The position numbers and the translations under genes are program-made. A stretch of DNA of 64,000 nt from Candidatus Bathyarchaeota archaeon (lineage in GTDB: Archaea > Thermoproteota > Bathyarchaeia > Bathyarchaeales > Bathycorpusculaceae): NCBI GenBank assembly GCA_963717465.1, contig OY970340.1:2976001-3040000 (forward strand). The letters are read 5' to 3'. The notes under the pieces were generated by a model. It saw only the letters and a list, made by a program, of their open reading frames with translations. It was not told the origin of the DNA and made no database searches. Position 1 is the stretch's first letter. Each line of letters starts with the position of its first letter. Of the stretch, positions 32,360 to 44,146 are shown piece by piece.

Positions 32360-32398
32360 TTTAAGAGCCTTCCTTCTATAGGTTCTGATGTTTGAGAT

Positions 32399-32737
32399 TT
32401 AAGCTGATTGGCTTTTTTCAATTATAAACGTTCCTGAAAACATCCCCCATAACATTTGTTCAAACTTTCGTTTTCGCTTAGCAGGCTTGCTTACCCGAGT
32501 GGATGCTATTTCAAAAGTTGATAATTGACGGCAATAGGGGCAACGTAGACGACGCTTGTTTCCATAACGCAGAGAAGTTATTGTTGCCCCTGGAACCCAA
32601 TGGAAATTAAAATATTTTTTACAGTTTGGGCATATGAGTCTTGATGTATAATGCGGTCCATACCTTGGAAGAAGAATAAAGAATACTACAAAACCAATCA
32701 TTATTACTGGAAAAAGGATTAAGAGAATTTCATCCAT
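32399..32737 (-). CDS. Membrane-anchored zinc-ribbon hypothetical protein
   Basis: N-terminal TM helix followed by CPNC...CPYC. Confidence 0.7.
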   Translation of the reverse strand: MDEILLILFPVIMIGFVVFFILLPRYGPHYTSRLICPNCKKYFNFHWVPGATITSLRYGNKRRLRCPYCRQLSTFEIASTRVSKPAKRKRKFEQMLWGMFSGTFIIEKSQSA

Positions 32738-32921
32738 GAATTTTTCAAAGTATGAAATAAATGATTACTTATTAACATTTTTGTTCAAACATTTCAATAC
32801 TTAAAGGATAGCATAAATCCTTGATTCATGAAAACAAGGAACAGGGAAGAATCGACGAAAAGAAGAGAAATATGAAAAATTATGCATTGCTTTCGGTTCT
32901 GGAAAAAAAAGGTAAAGCTTA

Positions 32922-34271
32922 CTAAGCTTTCTTGATGTATTTTAAAGCTTCTTCTAGGCTTTGGAAACAATATTTTACTTGGTTGAAGTCTTTTTTGAAT
33001 GCAAGCACATCTTGCTTAACTTCGGCTGGTTTGCGCTTGCCCTTTATCACGTCAAGCATTAAGTCGCAAAGATGTTTAACATCGCTTTCTCTGAATCCTC
33101 GTCGGGTGACATCTTGCCATCCGACTCTTAAGCCTGAAGGATCTTCTTTGCCGCTTTGATTGTCATATGGTAGAAGGTTCTTGTTTAGAATAATGTTTGC
33201 GTCTTCAAGGTCTTGGGCAATTTTATTGCCACCGCCGAAATTGCGAATATCTATTGCTATTTGATGCGATCTTGTGAATCCTTTCTTCTCAGCGAGAACT
33301 TTAACGCCGTTCTCATACAAGTATTGCCCTGCAGTCTGAGCATTCTTCACTATTTGCGTTGCATACTCAGCGCCAAATAACTTCATTTCCAAAGCAGCAA
33401 CACCCAAAGCAGGCAATCTGCCTAAATGAGTATTGGATGTGCTAAGCGGAAAAATGGCTAATTGTATTTTTTTAGCGGCTTTTTCTAAAGCTGGAGTTGA
33501 GGGATTACCCATGATTACACCACCCTGCGGTCCTGGAAAAGTCTTGTGAGTTGAAGCAGAAATAAAGTCTGCACCTTCGCGAAGAGGATCTTGGAATAAT
33601 CCACCTGCAACCAAACCTAAGACGTGTGATGAATCATATACTACGTAAGCGCCAACTTCGTCGCATACAGCTTTTAGTTCTTTTACTGGGTGGGGGAATA
33701 GAAAGAGGCTTCCGCCAAAGGTTACTATTCCTGGTCTAGATGACCGGATAACGTAAGCTGATTTGTCTGGATCAATGTTGAACTCGTCTATGTTGTAGAC
33801 ATGATTAATGTTTTCTAAACTAAGGACATTGCCTGCTAAGCCTGTGTAATCATGTGATATGTGGGCACCGCAGCTTAAGGGAGTTACAACCATTTTATTT
33901 CTTTTAGAAGCTAACGCTAAGCCTTTGAACGCACAAAGGTTTGCATGTTCGCCAGAGATCAAACGTACATCAGCCCAGGTGCATTTGAATAAGCTTTTCA
34001 TAAGATCGGTTGTGCAATCTTCGATTGGTGACATGTATTTTTGGCCTTGATAATACCGTTTTTTAACGTGACCTTCAAGGTCGTTATCACCTTCAGCGTA
34101 CCTGCTTTCCAAGTCGGATGATAGGTTAAGCGCTTGGATGACTGCTGGGGATTTTAAGCCTTCACTTGCGATTAGGTTGATGCATTCTTTGTCCCTGTAT
34201 TGCTCGTGCATTTTGCTTGCTTGGACTAGATCCATAAACGTGTCGTTGAAGTCTTTCATTTCTTTTACCAC
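32922..34271 (-). CDS. glyA: Serine hydroxymethyltransferase
   Basis: INLIASE, RYAEG, YYQG, STHKTFPGPQGG (PLP lysine) and NKNLLP motifs. Confidence 0.96.
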   Translation of the reverse strand: MVKEMKDFNDTFMDLVQASKMHEQYRDKECINLIASEGLKSPAVIQALNLSSDLESRYAEGDNDLEGHVKKRYYQGQKYMSPIEDCTTDLMKSLFKCTWADVRLISGEHANLCAFKGLALASKRNKMVVTPLSCGAHISHDYTGLAGNVLSLENINHVYNIDEFNIDPDKSAYVIRSSRPGIVTFGGSLFLFPHPVKELKAVCDEVGAYVVYDSSHVLGLVAGGLFQDPLREGADFISASTHKTFPGPQGGVIMGNPSTPALEKAAKKIQLAIFPLSTSNTHLGRLPALGVAALEMKLFGAEYATQIVKNAQTAGQYLYENGVKVLAEKKGFTRSHQIAIDIRNFGGGNKIAQDLEDANIILNKNLLPYDNQSGKEDPSGLRVGWQDVTRRGFRESDVKHLCDLMLDVIKGKRKPAEVKQDVLAFKKDFNQVKYCFQSLEEALKYIKKA

Positions 34272-34451
34272 GCTAATTATGAACGTGAATTATCTTTGCA
34301 GTATTTAGCCGTTACTAAAAAAAAATGCGTCTTTATGGTACTAGTTTGTTGTTTTGCTTGCTCTGATTTCTTAGTCTATTACGCCTTCGCCTCAAACTAA
34401 ATACGCGTTTCCCATAAAATGAGCTTACGCAGCAACAATCTAACCAGCAAA

Positions 34452-36167
34452 TTACTGCTTTAGCAATTTCTTGAAATCTTCAAGCTTTCTCGTATTAACT
34501 ATATTCTTGGCGGTTGCCCATCCACGTCTAGCTTGAGCGACTCCTAACTCTAAATAATGCATGTGTGCAATGCTATGGGAATCGGAGCTAATGCCAAGTT
34601 TGACGCCTGCCTGAACAGCTTTTCTGATATGTTCATCCCTTAAATCAAGCCTGTCAGGATACGAATCGATGTCCATGATTGTTCCATTTCCTTTTGCAAC
34701 CTCAAGAACTCTGTCTAAGTCAAGCTTTATTGGTTCTCTTCGCTGAATTTCCCTTGAAGTGGGGTGAAACAGAATATCTAAGTTCGGGTTCTCGATGGCT
34801 TTCATGACCCGCTTTGTCATCTCATCTTTATCCATTTCAAAATGTGAATGAACCGCTGCTCCGACAACATCCAGGTTTTTCAAGGCTTCATCTGAAATAT
34901 CCATGTTCCCGTCTTTTAAAATGTTAAGTTCAACCCCTTTAAGAACAGTTATCCCATCAAGCTTCTCATTCACCATATCGATTTCTTTTGCTTGCTCAAG
35001 CAAACCCTCTTCATCTAGCCCGCCTGTCATCGCTAAATACTTTGAATGGTCTGAAATGACAATGTATTCTAAACCATTCTTTTTTGCTTGTTCAGCCATC
35101 TCCATTATCGAATTCTGGCCATCAGTCCAGTTGGAGTGAACCTGAAGGTCACCCCGCAAATTTTTCAGCTCCACAAGTTCGGGAAGCACACCTTTTTTTG
35201 CCGCTTCAATCTCTCCCGTGTTCTCTCTCAGTTCAGGGGGAATCCATTGAAGCCCAAGTTTTTCATAGACTTCTTGCTCGCTTTCTCCTGCAATTTGCTT
35301 TTCTTTTTCAAACAAGCCATATTCGCTTAGTTTCCAGCCCTTATCCTGCGCGATTCTTCTTAACGCAATATTGTGGTCTTTGTTTCCCGTAAAGTACTGA
35401 GATGCTGCCCCGAAGCTTACTGCAGGCAAGGTTCGAATGTCCGCGTTCATTCCAGTTTTCAGTTTAACTGCTGACTTGGTTTTTCCCTTCTCAATAACCT
35501 GCATCACTTCAGGCATTGAAACAAAAAAATCCATAACTTCCTTTGAATTTTCAGTCTGAACAAGAAAATCTACGTCTCCGATTGTTTCCTTCATTCGCCT
35601 AACTGATCCGGAAGGCAAAACTTTCTTTACATCTGGAACATTGCTTAGTCGTTCTTCAATGTCTCGAATAAGCGGAAGAGTAAAGCCAAGAATGAATCGT
35701 CCTCTGCTTTTCTTGGCAAATTCAATTGATTTGAGGATGTTTTCTTCGGTTTTTTTCTTGAAATGTGGCAATTCTGAAATCTGATGGGATAACGCAGCCT
35801 TTTCCAGATCATCCATGTTCTTAATTTTTAGTTTATCCCATAATACCTTGATCTTTTTTGGACCTAACCCTTCAATTCCTGATAAACTTTCAAGGTCAAC
35901 TGGAACTTTTTTTCTCAAATCCTCGTAGTACTGAATTTTTCCTGTATTGATCAGTTCCTCGATTTTTTCAGCCATGCTTTCGCCGACGCCTGGTATCTGC
36001 TTCAAACCTTTGATGCCTTGTTTTCGGTAGATGCTTTCGACATCTTCTTCTAACGCTTCAATCGATATAGCGCCTTTTTCGTATGCTCTCGGCTTAAAAG
36101 GAACATCATCCATTTCTAACAATAATGAGATGTTTCTGAGAATTCGGGCAACTTCAAAATTCTTCAT
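34452..36167 (-). CDS. polX: DNA polymerase X with PHP domain
   Basis: HhH IPGVG, GSVRRMKETIGDVDFL, YFTGNKDHN, DLQVHSNWTDG, SDHS and SSDSH motifs. Confidence 0.96.
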   Translation of the reverse strand: MKNFEVARILRNISLLLEMDDVPFKPRAYEKGAISIEALEEDVESIYRKQGIKGLKQIPGVGESMAEKIEELINTGKIQYYEDLRKKVPVDLESLSGIEGLGPKKIKVLWDKLKIKNMDDLEKAALSHQISELPHFKKKTEENILKSIEFAKKSRGRFILGFTLPLIRDIEERLSNVPDVKKVLPSGSVRRMKETIGDVDFLVQTENSKEVMDFFVSMPEVMQVIEKGKTKSAVKLKTGMNADIRTLPAVSFGAASQYFTGNKDHNIALRRIAQDKGWKLSEYGLFEKEKQIAGESEQEVYEKLGLQWIPPELRENTGEIEAAKKGVLPELVELKNLRGDLQVHSNWTDGQNSIMEMAEQAKKNGLEYIVISDHSKYLAMTGGLDEEGLLEQAKEIDMVNEKLDGITVLKGVELNILKDGNMDISDEALKNLDVVGAAVHSHFEMDKDEMTKRVMKAIENPNLDILFHPTSREIQRREPIKLDLDRVLEVAKGNGTIMDIDSYPDRLDLRDEHIRKAVQAGVKLGISSDSHSIAHMHYLELGVAQARRGWATAKNIVNTRKLEDFKKLLKQ

Positions 36168-36295
36168 GATAATTCATCTTACAAACGCCAAAAAGAAGTA
36201 AACTTTTTCCTATTCTTTAAAAGTCCGCATTGTCTTTTTTACTTTTTGGGCTTTTTTCATGCTAAAGAAAAATAATTGCCAACTAAAAAATAATA

Positions 36296-36814
36296 TTAAG
36301 ATTGATTCTTGGGAATTTCCCAATAATTAATTGTGTCGCCTTTTACCCATCTGCCGCCTAAACTTTTGACAACATCATTAATGTCTTCCCACTCAGCCTT
36401 CAAGAATTGGGTTGGCTTAACTATCAAGTATTCGCCGTCAACTGTGAAACGCAGCAGTTTGCGTTGTTCAGGAGTAAATTCGTCTTCAAGGTTACCCGTG
36501 TCTTGGGCTTGTTGCGGCTGAAGTGTGACTTTTTGTGGTACTTTAACTTCTGCGGTTTTTAGGTCAAGTTTAGCGTTTGTAGCTTGATTTTTTGGGTTTG
36601 CTGTTGTTGTTTGTTTGTATTCTGGAAATGGATAGTTTTCTTTGATATCTTCAAAACTATCGCTTCTTACGAGTGCTATGATTTCTTTTGTGAATAGATC
36701 AAGTTTTATGTCTAAAAGTTCCGTGTCACTTGGAAAGTTGACAGCCGTTGGCGTTTTTCCCTGCAATGCTCTTATGAGCGCTTCCGGGGTTAATTTTATG
36801 ACTCTTATTCTCAT
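36296..36814 (-). CDS. Hypothetical protein
   Basis: 172-aa ORF, two globular-looking regions joined by a Q/T/K-rich linker. Confidence 0.7.
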   Translation of the reverse strand: MRIRVIKLTPEALIRALQGKTPTAVNFPSDTELLDIKLDLFTKEIIALVRSDSFEDIKENYPFPEYKQTTTANPKNQATNAKLDLKTAEVKVPQKVTLQPQQAQDTGNLEDEFTPEQRKLLRFTVDGEYLIVKPTQFLKAEWEDINDVVKSLGGRWVKGDTINYWEIPKNQS

Positions 36815-37037
36815 TGTTGAATCACTTGAAATTGCTTGTTAGATGCTATTATCCTTAAAAGTATTGTTGATTTATTCTTGTCTAAGATAAAAAGAAATAA
36901 CGGTTATAACCCCATGAAAATTATCGTTTAAACTCAGGCGAACCTATAATATTTTCATAAAATTTAAATTGTAATTTCTTATTATTATAATTGTTTTTTG
37001 CGAACTTGAATTTGTTTTTTGTTTTTCGAACCTAGAG

Positions 37038-37427
37038 GTGATTTTCTTTTTCTTAGAATCGTCTAATTTTATTGCTTTTAGAAATTATTTGCCGACTATC
37101 AAAGTAGGCACTGTTTTGAAGATTAACTTAGTTTTCACTCTTCTAAATGTATGTGATGTGACGACATCGATGGTTGGTTTAGCTAGTGGAAAAGCAATTG
37201 AGTGTAACCCGCTTTTTCACGGCTCTTTTCTTTTTTTTGGCTTGTACAAGTTTGGATTGTGCGCGCTTATTTTTGTTTTATGCTGGGCTGGCTGGAAACG
37301 GCTTGAGATGGAAAAATATCGCAAAATGTCCTGGGTTATTATGTTTGCTCTGTTGGCTCTGACAATTTTTTACGTTGCTGTTGTTACAAATAACATTATT
37401 GTCCTATTTCAGATATATAGCAATTAA
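37038..37427 (+). CDS. DUF5658-like membrane protein
   Basis: LNVCDVTTSMVGL..G.AIECNPL...YK...VVTNN pattern; 3 TM. Confidence 0.7.
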   Translation: MIFFFLESSNFIAFRNYLPTIKVGTVLKINLVFTLLNVCDVTTSMVGLASGKAIECNPLFHGSFLFFGLYKFGLCALIFVLCWAGWKRLEMEKYRKMSWVIMFALLALTIFYVAVVTNNIIVLFQIYSN

Positions 37428-37803
37428 AAATGCCAAATTTTATTGAAAATCTTGTTTGCTATGCCCCAATAAATGAATAAATACGAGAGAATTATTACGA
37501 AATTCGGCAGTGTACCAGTTTAGATTTGTTAATATATTTCCGCTTTTTCTGTAACCCTTTTTCAATTGTGTATGGCAGAATAGACCATGAATTATTGAAA
37601 ATCTACTACAACATGTAGTTTAAGTCGCGATTTCAGAAGCTCGAGAATTAAACAATCTAAATTAGGACAATGCCAAAGTTTTGATTAAAATTATTTAATT
37701 AAAAATGTTGAGTGTAATTTTAAGACGAACAAAGGCTTATACCATGACTAAAATAATATTTTCCATAAAGTAGCTCAATTAAACTTCCATTAGGGGCAGA
37801 TAC

Positions 37804-38256
37804 ATGTTAAAGATTTCCAAGATACTAGTCATCGATGATGATGACACGATTTGTAAAACATTAGCAGTAACTCTTGAATCCGAAGGTTACCAAGTTGACA
37901 CTGCAAAAACTGGTGAAGAAGCAATTGCAAAATCTTATTCTCACTTTTACAATTTAGCTATTGTTGACTGGCGTTTGCCTGACATGCATGGAACCGACCT
38001 ATTGAGAAGCCTAAAAGAAACTACTCCGAAAATGATGAAAATCATGTTAACTGGATATCCATCCATGAACGTGGCTATCGACGCAGTTAACAGGCATGCT
38101 GACGCTTTTCTTGTAAAACCTCCGAAGATGGATGAACTACTGGCTAAAGTCAAGGAACTGCTTAGTCTTCAAGATGAAGCGGATCAATATAGTCAAATGA
38201 AGGTTGTCCAATTCATCGAAAGTAAAACCAAAGAAGCTATCGAATCCAAACGATAG
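37804..38256 (+). CDS. Stand-alone response regulator receiver protein
   Basis: ILVIDDD, phosphoacceptor in IVDWRLPD, MLTGY and FLVKP. Confidence 0.95.
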   Translation: MLKISKILVIDDDDTICKTLAVTLESEGYQVDTAKTGEEAIAKSYSHFYNLAIVDWRLPDMHGTDLLRSLKETTPKMMKIMLTGYPSMNVAIDAVNRHADAFLVKPPKMDELLAKVKELLSLQDEADQYSQMKVVQFIESKTKEAIESKR

Positions 38257-38284
38257 ACCGAAACATTTATTGAAGGATGGTTTT

Positions 38285-38692
38285 GTGAAAAAAAATTACG
38301 AGGAGATTGAGTTTAATAAGATACTTCTCAGCTCCATCGATGAAGCTCTAACCTTACTTGGCAAAGATGCAAAAAACGCCATTTATTTTTATCTTGAAGT
38401 GCACAACCTCACTAAAGAAGAAATCCCAAACAAAATAAATGAGTTTTCAAGCACTCTAGACAAGCTTGTCGGCGTGGGAGCAAAATTAATTGAACTAGCA
38501 ATCATGAAGAACCTTCACGCTAAAATTGAGGTTGAATGGTCATGGAAACCACAAAATCCCTGGGCACTACCTGACTTAACCTTCAAAGAATACGTAGATA
38601 AAGCAAAGGAACAATTTATCAATGCCATAAAGTTCGCTCCAGAAACTGGAATTTTACTTACTGAAAAAGAGGCAATGGAAAAATACAAGTAA
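38285..38692 (+). CDS. DUF3227/NitrOD5-like archaeal signalling output domain protein
   Basis: IDEALTLLG...AIYFYLE...EIP..INEFS..LDKLVGVGAKLIE pattern; directly after the receiver gene. ORF extends to 38204. Confidence 0.65.
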   Translation: MKKNYEEIEFNKILLSSIDEALTLLGKDAKNAIYFYLEVHNLTKEEIPNKINEFSSTLDKLVGVGAKLIELAIMKNLHAKIEVEWSWKPQNPWALPDLTFKEYVDKAKEQFINAIKFAPETGILLTEKEAMEKYK

Positions 38693-38753
38693 AAATCCTT
38701 TTTTGGGAATCATTGCCGCGACAAAAGTTGATATTGGACTTTATTGATGCCTA

Positions 38754-39017
38754 GTGATAATGGTTAAACATTCTGATTCAGCTATTAAGAAGAGAGAGAA
38801 AATTCAAATCCATTTTTGGAATCAAGTTGGCATCGTTGAACACATTTCAATTCATATGCTAGAAGACGCGATTAAAAAGGAGTTTAACTGCACTGACGAC
38901 AGGTTCATCCAAGCACAAATCAAGCTGATGCAGACAGAAGCAAGGATAAGAGTACAAAGCAAAGTTAAAGTGTGGATCAAACAGCCAACCGCTAACCTTT
39001 CAAATACGCCGGAATAA
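38754..39017 (+). CDS. Small hypothetical protein
   Basis: 87-aa ORF co-oriented within the signalling cluster and followed by a T-run. Confidence 0.6.
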   Translation: MIMVKHSDSAIKKREKIQIHFWNQVGIVEHISIHMLEDAIKKEFNCTDDRFIQAQIKLMQTEARIRVQSKVKVWIKQPTANLSNTPE

Positions 39018-39179
39018 ACCTTTTTTTGTTGAAAGCGCTATGAAATTCAGTCAGATGCTTAACAGAAACGTTGAATTTGAAGAGCAACTTGTATATTGTT
39101 AAACAACCTTCTTTTTAAATGATGAATGATTTTGATCATCAGCTAAAACTAAGATAATTATAGATTCATTAGAAAAATC

Positions 39180-41182
39180 GTGAAAAAGCTACCGCCTAAT
39201 AAAAGAACCCTTTCAAATAGGGAGACAGAATTAATGCAGCATTTGAAACTTGCGGCTTTTCCGATAATAGTTTTAGTAGGTTTAGTTTTGGCTTTAAACA
39301 TTCTGAATGTTAATTTGCCCGTTTTTAACGCACCTTATTTGAAGCTCGGTCTCAATTTAGTTTTTTTAACTGCAATAAGTATTTACGTTGCCATTATTTC
39401 GGCCAAGAGTTACTTGAACTTTGGAGCGCTTAACCTTCTGGTAATTAGCAACGTTTTTCTATATCGTTGGAATCATTTTTTCCATTTCTAGCTTAATATC
39501 ATTTATTTCTTTAGATTACGCTGCAGCAATACAAGATATTGGCTTATTAATTGCCTCAGGATTTCAAGTCTTGAGTGCCATAATCACTATTTCAACTACC
39601 AGTTCAAGTGAACCGCTTAATCGAAGAATTGCTTTGGGAGCCTCCTATTTCATAGTAATTTGTTGCATCGGATTCTTCACCGCAGAAGTGCTTGCAGGTA
39701 TTGCACCACTTTTCATAACAAGTGTGCGATCAACGCTGATTGGTCAATCAGTTTTAGCATTAACTTTATTCTTTTTTGCATCAGCTGGCTTCTTGTTTTT
39801 ATGGCAATATATTAAGTCTAAGGAAGAGGCTTTGTATTGGTATTCTTTAGCACTTTTCTTGTTTGCATTATATCCGTTGGAATTTGTTCTTCAAACCCAA
39901 TTTGGAAATGACCTATACACATGGATAGCAATGATTGCGCTGTATATTGGAAGTCTTTATTTTTTGATGGCTCTTTTACGATTGCGCAGGGGATTGGAAC
40001 CTACCAGAGATATTTCTGAGAAATGGGCGGAATCTCTTATTCTTGATCGTAAACAGATATCTGCTTTGTTTGCTAACATGCTTAACGGTTTTACGTATAA
40101 TAAAATTGTTTTAGATAAAAATGGGAAGCCCGTTGACGTAATTTTGCTCGAAGCAAACAATGCTTTTGAGAATATTTTTGGAATGTCCAGGTTTGAGCTC
40201 TTAGGTAAAAGAGCGAGCACGGTATTTCCCATGCCTGCTATAGGTGATAAGTCTTATGAGGCAAGTATGGCACTTGTTAATTTATTCGGGCAGGTAGCGG
40301 TTACCGGCAAATCGGTTGTTGATGAATTGTATTTTGCTGACATTAAGAAATGGCTGCATATTTTGGTTTATAGTCCTAAGAAATACTATTTTGTTGCATT
40401 GTTTGAAGATGTTACTAAGCGTAAGGAATTGGAGGAGAAAATTTCTGATTACACTAAGAATCTTGAAGAAATTGTTGAGGATAGGACAAGGCAGTTACAA
40501 GAGTCGGAACATTTAGCTGCTATTGGCCAAACTGCGGGCATGATTGGACATGACATCCGCAATCCGCTGCAGGCTATTACTAACGAATTGTATATTGCTA
40601 AACAAACGGTTGATAAGGAAGCAGAATGCAAAGAAAAAAAGGAAACTCTAGACAGCTTAAGCTTAATTCAGGAACAAACAGATTACATAAGCAAAATAGT
40701 TTCTGATTTGCAGGATTATTCAAGACCATTAAAGCCGGAATGGTCAGATGCCAATATTTATGAGATAATTTCAGGTGTACTCCAGACTTCCAGATTTAAG
40801 GGCGAAGTTGACGTTTCATTAAATGCTGACAAAGACTTTAAGTTCAGAACAGATCCAGTTTTTGTTAAACGCATTTTAACGAATTTAGTAAGTAACTCCA
40901 TTCAGGCTATGCCTGAAGGCGGCAAATTAGATGTTTCAGCGGGCAAAAAAGAAAACCAAATCACAATAACTGTATCTGATACGGGTAAGGGTATACCTGA
41001 AGCGGTTAAGCCTAAAATTTTCAAGCCCCTATTCACTACAAAAGCGAAGGGTCAAGGATTAGGACTAGGCAGTAGTAAAACGTCTGGTCGAAGCGTTAAA
41101 CGGAACGATAACTTTTGAGAGCCAAGAGGGCAAAGGAACAACATTCACAGTAACTCTTCCAATTCAGGGAAGCAGTAGGTAG
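39180..41182 (+). CDS. Membrane-bound PAS sensor histidine kinase (two frameshifts, near 39462 and 41068)
   Basis: Multi-TM N-terminus, PAS, H-box GHDIRNPLQ, N-box NLVSNS, DTGKGI, FTTKAKGQGLGL; true C-terminus AVVKRLVEALNGTITFESQEGKGTTFTV continues in another frame to TAG at 41182. Confidence 0.9.
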
Positions 41183-41227
41183 TAACCATGGATTCCAACT
41201 TGCGTTTTTCACATGTTGAACGTAGAA

Positions 41228-41867
41228 TTACCGCAAGGAGACTTTTTCTCCAGTTACTATGTAAACAATTGACTGCGCAACATAAATGGTGTGGTCAGCT
41301 ATGCGTTCAAGAAACTTTGCGATTAATAAATCCGCCATTGCATATTTGATGTGTTTTGAATTTGAAGCTAATTGATCCATAAGTTTGAAGTATAAAGTAT
41401 CAACTTGCCGTTCTATAGTTATCAAAGTTTTTGCTGTTTCGGCATTGTTGTCTTTGAGAGCCTTCACGCTTATTGAAACCATTTCTGAAACTTTACCGAT
41501 GAGTGACTGCATCAAGTTTAGGGAATTCCGAGTGTTCAAGGTTCGTGCTTAATCGTTTACATGTAGAACAGATATCCCAAGCATATCTGCCATAACGTTC
41601 AAAATCATAAGCTATCTTAATGTAGGAGTTTACGATGCGCAAATCTGAGGCTACTGGCTGGTACTTAGCGATTAATTCGAAAGCTTTCTCTTCCACTTCT
41701 ACACTCATAGCAATAAGCGTATTGGACAATTCAAGTACTTGGCCAGTGACATCTTGCTTTTCCAAATACCCATCCATCGATAATGCGGCTGCTTTTTGGG
41801 CGATAATGCCCATCCTATAGGTTTTTGCAGTTAGCTGTTCTAAAGCAACATCCAAGAGTCTACTCAA
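41228..41867 (-). CDS. phoU: Phosphate transport system regulator PhoU (frameshifted near 41522)
   Basis: IAKYQPVASDLR...DFERYGRYA and ERQVD...LERIADH PhoU repeats across two ORFs joined by removing one C. Confidence 0.9.
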
Positions 41868-42125
41868 TTCTTTTCACCTCAACAAATTTTCCCGTTAAAC
41901 GTTTTTCCGATAACTTGCCTTTCATCCAACAAATTAGGTTGAATAGACTGCAGCTAAAGACTTTGCCAAGGTTATCTTTTTTTAGTTCAATCAAACTACT
42001 CAGCAGCAACACTATCATAAATTGATGTTGTTGAAAAATGTTATGCTTTTTAAGAAAATACGAAATGAAAATCAGTAACCTCGCTTCGACAAAAGAATTG
42101 CTTCATCACTTAAAAATGCCAATAT

Positions 42126-42200
42126 TATATAGAAGAGCGCTATAGAATATATAATATATATACTAATAGTTTGTATATTTCCAAATATTTAGAACTATAA
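42126..42200. promoter_or_regulatory. TATAG-repeat element upstream of AbrB-PhoU (candidate phosphate-regulon box)
   Basis: TATAGAA at 42128 and 42141 and TTTAGAACTATAA at 42188; resembles the element upstream of pstS. Confidence 0.45.
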
Positions 42201-42210
42201 ATAACAGTAG

Positions 42211-43275
42211 TTGTTTGACTTGTCCAAAGAAACAAAAAGAAACCCATCTGAAGACCAAAGAAAACTCCAGGTTACAGGAGGATCAACATTCATTTTATCC
42301 CTACCAAAAGAGTGGGCGATGCGCAACCAGCTTAAAAAAGGCAGCCTAATCTCGCTCCGCGAGGAAGACGATGGCTCTCTTGAGGTTTCGCCGACAAAAT
42401 TTGAAAAAAAAGAGCAAAAAGATGAAGTGTTTATCAGGGTTCAACCATCAGACAATCCAGACGCAATTATTAGAACAGCAATCTCCGCTTACCTGAATGG
42501 ATACAATGTTATAAGGTTAAGACCGCAAGGCCAGCAGTCAACATTGTCAATAAAACTCCGAAACCAACTGAAGAATTTTGCGAGACATTATCTTGTCGGA
42601 ACTGAAATTGTAACAGACACACCCCTTGATTTGACTTTGCAGGTGCTTCTTAATTATCCAGAATTGTCTGTTCAAAATGCACTTAGCCGAATGAGCATTA
42701 TCGCATCTTCGATGCATAAGGAGGCTATAATTGCTCTACAAAAACTTGATTATTCTTCTGCTAAATCGATTATCGAAACTGACAAAGAAGTTAATCGTTT
42801 TAGTCTTTACATTGTTCGTTTGCTCAAGCTGGCGGTTACTAACCCAAGACTTGTGAAAGAAATTGGTTTAAGCAACCAAAGAGATTGCTTAGGCTACAGG
42901 CTTATTGCGAAATCCGTGGAAAGGACGGCTGACCATGCAACAAAAATTGCTGAAAACGTTTTACTACTCAAAGATCCTGTAAACGAGAAACTCTTAGAAA
43001 AAGTAGTCCAGCTGAGCAGTTTGGCAATTGGAATGTTTGAAAAGTCGGTGGAAGCATTGTTTAAGCATGATTTCAACTTAGCTGAATCTGTTATCGAAAA
43101 GCTCGTGATCATTCATAAACTGGAAAGGGAAGCGGTGATTTTTTCGCACGAGACTAAAGTTGAGGAAGTTGCTAATCTACGCTTGCTTATTGAAAGTGTA
43201 AGAAGAACAGCTGAATACGCAAGTGATATTTCTGAAGTGGTCTTGAACATGAATGTTGAATCTGTACTTGGATAA
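42211..43275 (+). CDS. Archaeal phosphate uptake regulator (AbrB-type DNA-binding domain + 2x PhoU)
   Basis: RKLQVTGGSTFILSLPKEW AbrB-like N-terminus; ERTADHA and RRTAEYA PhoU repeats. Confidence 0.93.
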   Translation: MFDLSKETKRNPSEDQRKLQVTGGSTFILSLPKEWAMRNQLKKGSLISLREEDDGSLEVSPTKFEKKEQKDEVFIRVQPSDNPDAIIRTAISAYLNGYNVIRLRPQGQQSTLSIKLRNQLKNFARHYLVGTEIVTDTPLDLTLQVLLNYPELSVQNALSRMSIIASSMHKEAIIALQKLDYSSAKSIIETDKEVNRFSLYIVRLLKLAVTNPRLVKEIGLSNQRDCLGYRLIAKSVERTADHATKIAENVLLLKDPVNEKLLEKVVQLSSLAIGMFEKSVEALFKHDFNLAESVIEKLVIIHKLEREAVIFSHETKVEEVANLRLLIESVRRTAEYASDISEVVLNMNVESVLG

Positions 43276-43316
43276 AAAAACTCATTTCTATTAAAAATTC
43301 TTACATGCTAATCGTT

Positions 43317-44105
43317 TTAGCCGAACTTGCCAGTTATGTATTTTTCAGTTAACTCGCTTTCAGGATTCTCAAATACCTTTTTTGTTTCCCCAAATTCGAT
43401 TAATTTTCCAAGATACAAAAATGCTGTATAATCTGAGATGCGTGCCGCTTGCTGCAAATTATGTGTTACTATAATAATTGTAAAATCACTCTTAAGAGCG
43501 ATAATGGATTCCTCAACCTTTGCCGTGGCGATTGGGTCAAGAGCTGAACATGGCTCATCCATAAGAATAACCTCAGGCTCAACAGCAAGAGCCCTAGCAA
43601 TACACAGACGCTGTTGCTGTCCACCTGACAGATTCGTGCCTGACTTTTTCAAATCATTCTTAACCTCATCCCACAAGAATGCCATTCGGAGACTCTTTTC
43701 AGCTAGCGCATCGAGCTTTTTCTTATCTGTTACACCGTTAAGTTTCAAGCCTGCAACAGCATTATCATAAATAGACATTGTGGGAAATGGATTAGGCTTC
43801 TGAAAAACCATCCCAATTCGCCTACGAATAGCAACTGGGTCAACCTTTGGAGAATAAATGTTCACCCCATCCAAGATTACTTCACCTTCAACTTTCGTAT
43901 TAGGGGTCAGTTCATGAATCCTATTCAAACACCTAATCAGCGTGCTTTTTCCACACCCAGATGGACCCATAACAGCAGTAACACGCTTTTCCGGAAATTT
44001 CATAGTGATTCCCGTGAGCGCCTGCACTTTGCCATACTTAGCCTTCAAGTCTTTCGTTTCAATTTTAGATGTCAACAAGTCTTTGTTATCAGGGGTTATT
44101 GTCAA
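43317..44105 (-). CDS. pstB: Phosphate ABC transporter ATPase
   Basis: [31 protein letters not shown] and YITGKFG motifs. Confidence 0.98.
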   Translation of the reverse strand: MTITPDNKDLLTSKIETKDLKAKYGKVQALTGITMKFPEKRVTAVMGPSGCGKSTLIRCLNRIHELTPNTKVEGEVILDGVNIYSPKVDPVAIRRRIGMVFQKPNPFPTMSIYDNAVAGLKLNGVTDKKKLDALAEKSLRMAFLWDEVKNDLKKSGTNLSGGQQQRLCIARALAVEPEVILMDEPCSALDPIATAKVEESIIALKSDFTIIIVTHNLQQAARISDYTAFLYLGKLIEFGETKKVFENPESELTEKYITGKFG

Positions 44106-44146
44106 TTCCTCCAGTTTATCGTTTCTTGCTCCGTTTCTTTGTCATT

